Source of the DNA: an uncultured Acidobacteriota bacterium
GTDB lineage: Bacteria > Acidobacteriota > UBA6911
Reading direction: 5' to 3'
Length of the DNA stretch: 64,000 bases
Assembly: GCA_963718845.1 (NCBI GenBank)
Contig: CAVRAD010000009.1
Location: 193,360-257,359 of the forward strand
In this document: positions 61,544 to 64,000 of the stretch, piece by piece
Numbering within the stretch: the first letter of the stretch is position 1
Layout: each line of letters begins with the position of its first letter
Translations under genes and position numbers: made by a program
Notes under the pieces: model-generated
What the model saw: the letters and a program-made list of their open reading frames with translations, nothing else
What the model was told of the DNA's origin: nothing
Database searches by the model: none

Positions 61544-62723
61544 TGAACGTGGGCGTTATGGTTCCTACGGGGGACGATTCGTCCCCGAGACGTTGATGGG
61601 GCCTCTCCAGGAGCTCGAAGATGCGTATCGCGCGGCGGCCCAAGATCCGCGCTTCCATGCGGAGTTGAACGATCTGCTGCGGAATTACGTGGGCCGCCCG
61701 ACGCCGCTTTCGCCGGCGCGGCGCATCGCTTCTCACATAGGCAAAGGACGCATCTATCTCAAGCGCGAAGACCTGACTCACACGGGCGCGCACAAGATCA
61801 ACAACGCGATCGGCCAGATCCTGCTTGCCCGGCGCATGGGCAAAACGCGTATCATCGCCGAAACCGGGGCGGGGCAGCACGGAGTGGCGACCGCGACGGC
61901 GGCGGCTCTTTTCGGCATGGAATGCGAGATTTATATGGGAACGGAGGATATGCGCCGCCAGTCCCTGAACGTTTTCCGGATGCGTTTGCTGGGCGCGAAG
62001 GTCAGGCCGGTGGACTCAGGCAGCTGCACGCTCAAGGATGCCATCAACGAAGCGATGCGGGATTGGGTGACCAACGTGGCCAATACCCATTACCTGCTGG
62101 GATCGGTCCTGGGAGCTCATCCGTATCCGTGGATCGTGCGCGATTTTCAATCCATCATCGGCAGGGAAGCGCGCGCTCAAATCCTCGAGGCCGAAGGGCG
62201 CCTGCCGGATCTGCTCATCGCCTGCGTAGGCGGAGGGAGCAATGCGATCGGGCTCTTCCACGATTTTTTGCGCGAGCCGGACATTCGCATGATAGGCGTG
62301 GAAGCGGGAGGCAGAGGAACGGCTTTGGGCGAACATGCCGCCCGTTTCAGCGGCGGCCGGACAGGCGTTTTGCAGGGAACCTACAGTTATGTTCTGCAGG
62401 ACGAGAATGGACAGGTTGCGGGTACCCATTCCGTTTCAGCCGGGCTGGACTACCCCGCGGTAGGTCCCGAGCATTCTTGTCTGCATGATCAGGGCCGCGT
62501 GCAATATACCTCCATCACGGATGACCTTGCGCTGGAGGCATTCCAGCTCCTGAGCCGAAAAGAAGGAATCATTCCGGCGCTGGAAAGCGCGCATGCGATC
62601 GCGGAACTGATCCGCATGGCTCCGGAACTGGAAAAGGACACGCTCGTTATCGTGAACCTTTCGGGCCGCGGCGATAAGGATGTGAATCAGGTGGCCGAAT
62701 TACTTGCAGCCGATAGTCGTTAG
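61515..62723 (+). CDS. trpB: Tryptophan synthase beta chain
   Basis: [44 protein letters not shown]. Confidence 0.97.
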   Translation: MSTVCFTGPDERGRYGSYGGRFVPETLMGPLQELEDAYRAAAQDPRFHAELNDLLRNYVGRPTPLSPARRIASHIGKGRIYLKREDLTHTGAHKINNAIGQILLARRMGKTRIIAETGAGQHGVATATAAALFGMECEIYMGTEDMRRQSLNVFRMRLLGAKVRPVDSGSCTLKDAINEAMRDWVTNVANTHYLLGSVLGAHPYPWIVRDFQSIIGREARAQILEAEGRLPDLLIACVGGGSNAIGLFHDFLREPDIRMIGVEAGGRGTALGEHAARFSGGRTGVLQGTYSYVLQDENGQVAGTHSVSAGLDYPAVGPEHSCLHDQGRVQYTSITDDLALEAFQLLSRKEGIIPALESAHAIAELIRMAPELEKDTLVIVNLSGRGDKDVNQVAELLAADSR

Positions 62724-62801
62724 TCGAGTCGGCATGAAAGCTTATGGTTGTCACTGCCGACTGCCGACTTTTTTCCTTTTTCCAAAGAAGGAACATGTGA
62801 G

Positions 62802-63599
62802 ATGGAGCGACGAATTGGAAAGAAGTTTCGGGAACTCGAAACCCGCGGAGCGAAGGCATTCATTCCATTTATCATGGCGGGCGATCCCGATCTGGAAACC
62901 ACTATCCGGCTGGTGCCGGAACTGGAGCGAGCCGGTTCTCACATTATTGAATTGGGAATACCATTCTCTGATCCTGTGGCCGATGGGCCTGTAATTCAGC
63001 GCGCCGGCTCCCGGGCGCTGCTTCACCGGTACAGGATGTCCGACTATTTGCAGGCGGTTGAAAGCATCCGCAAAAAGACGGATGTGCCGCTGCTGCTTTT
63101 CAGCTATTTCAATCCCATACTCCAGTATGGGCTGGAAAAGTTGTCTCGCGATGCGCGCGCGGCGGGAGTGGATGGCATCCTGGTGACCGATATCATTCCG
63201 GAAGAGGGTGAACAGTACTGCGCTTGCATGGAAGCGAACGAACTGGATTGCATTTTCCTGGCGGCTCCCACCAGCAGTGAGCAGCGGATTGCCAAAATAG
63301 CAAAATGCTCCCGCGGTTTTGTCTATGTCGTTTCGAGGACCGGCGTCACGGGAGTGCAGCAGGAGCTTTCCGCTTCGGTGCTTCCCACGGTGGAGCGCGT
63401 GCGCAGGTTCACGCAGCTTCCGGTGGCCGTCGGTTTTGGCATTTCTCGGCCGGAGCAGGTTCAGGCTATATGGGAGATTTCGGATGCTGCCGTCGTCGGG
63501 AGCGCCATTGTCGCAGAGATGGAAAAGGCCGGTAGTCTGCAAGAAATCTGCGCCCAAATCGGCCAGTTCTGCCGCTGGCTTACCGGCACCCCCTCCTAG
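62802..63599 (+). CDS. trpA: Tryptophan synthase alpha chain
   Basis: AGDP, ELGIPFSDPVADGPVIQ, Y.NP, SRTGVTG, VGFGI, VVGSA. Confidence 0.96.
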   Translation: MERRIGKKFRELETRGAKAFIPFIMAGDPDLETTIRLVPELERAGSHIIELGIPFSDPVADGPVIQRAGSRALLHRYRMSDYLQAVESIRKKTDVPLLLFSYFNPILQYGLEKLSRDARAAGVDGILVTDIIPEEGEQYCACMEANELDCIFLAAPTSSEQRIAKIAKCSRGFVYVVSRTGVTGVQQELSASVLPTVERVRRFTQLPVAVGFGISRPEQVQAIWEISDAAVVGSAIVAEMEKAGSLQEICAQIGQFCRWLTGTPS

Positions 63600-63644
63600 C
63601 TTCGGTGCCAATCCCTCATATCCCAATAGTATTCCACCAGATGG

Positions 63645-63789
63645 AATTACGGTGACAGTCACCATAACCTCGAATTACCACCAGGTGGAACTCCGGTAAC
63701 AGGTTCTAGAACCTTGAATTGCCGTGGGATGGGACCCCAGTTATTGTCTCTATAATAATTTCGAGGTTATGGCGCCTGTCACCGAAATT
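63645..63789. repeat. REP-like inverted repeat
   Basis: AATTACGGTGACAGTCACCATAACCTCGAA / TTCGAGGTTATGGCGCCTGTCACCGAAATT; ends resemble the 16101 element. Confidence 0.75.
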
Positions 63790-63841
63790 GGTATAAAATG
63801 TGGCCCATTGTTGATTGTTGGATGTCGGAAGGAGCAGGCTG

Positions 63842-64000
63842 TTGTTTGCGATTGAATTTGAACCGGTGGGGCGGCGCGGCGAGGGTACAGGAGAACAGTC
63901 TTTGCTGGACTGCGCGCGCCAGTTGAATGTGGATCTCGTGAGTATCTGCGGTGGCGGCGGCATTTGCGGCCGCTGCAAAGTCCAGGTGATTTCCGGAGAC
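63842..64000 (+). CDS. N-terminus of a 2Fe-2S ferredoxin-domain protein, probably ASKHA/RACo (DUF4445) type; truncated by the window edge
   Basis: AAGGAG RBS, TTG start; FEPVGRR...SLLDCAR...ICGGGGICGRCKVQV. Confidence 0.75.
   Translation, partial: MFAIEFEPVGRRGEGTGEQSLLDCARQLNVDLVSICGGGGICGRCKVQVISGD

Noticed and set aside
63600-63841. Cobalamin riboswitch upstream of the RACo-like gene
   Set aside because: No B12-box or conserved core was recognisable; the structure is explained by a REP-like inverted repeat. An Rfam scan would settle it.

Overview
A 64 kb bacterial chromosomal window, probably from an anaerobic or facultative Acidobacteriota genome. This assignment is an inference from the Acidobacteria-type VWA protein, the carboxypeptidase-regulatory-domain TonB receptor, lpxC/lolA, the W-dependent AOR and the RACo-like gene. 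Contents, in order: a sulfate-assimilation operon (rrf2-cysK-moeB/thiF-sulfite reductase::HEPN::TusA-DUF2061-cysH-cysD); a Crp/Fnr regulator; housekeeping genes (ileS, lspA, lolA, suhB, yqeY, uvrC, pgsA, mpl, a class A PBP); a small glycan-modification trio; a tungsten module (moeA pair, aor, tupABC, HTH-PBP regulator); lpxC; an OprC-like copper TonB receptor with a Cys/His-rich upstream ORF; and a trp operon with a leader-peptide attenuator but no trpD. About 14 genes, including essential ileS, carry single-base frameshifts, which most likely are long-read indel errors. The main unexplained signal is non-coding. Many gene junctions hold cassettes of inverted 6-, 7- or 9-mer tandem arrays. Some cassettes share identical spacer cores, and one is amplified into a ~91-bp tandem array. 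There are also MITE-like elements, one inserted exactly in the loop of a REP hairpin. I saw no rRNA, tRNA, CRISPR array or transposase. All product calls come from motif recognition by eye; no database search was run.
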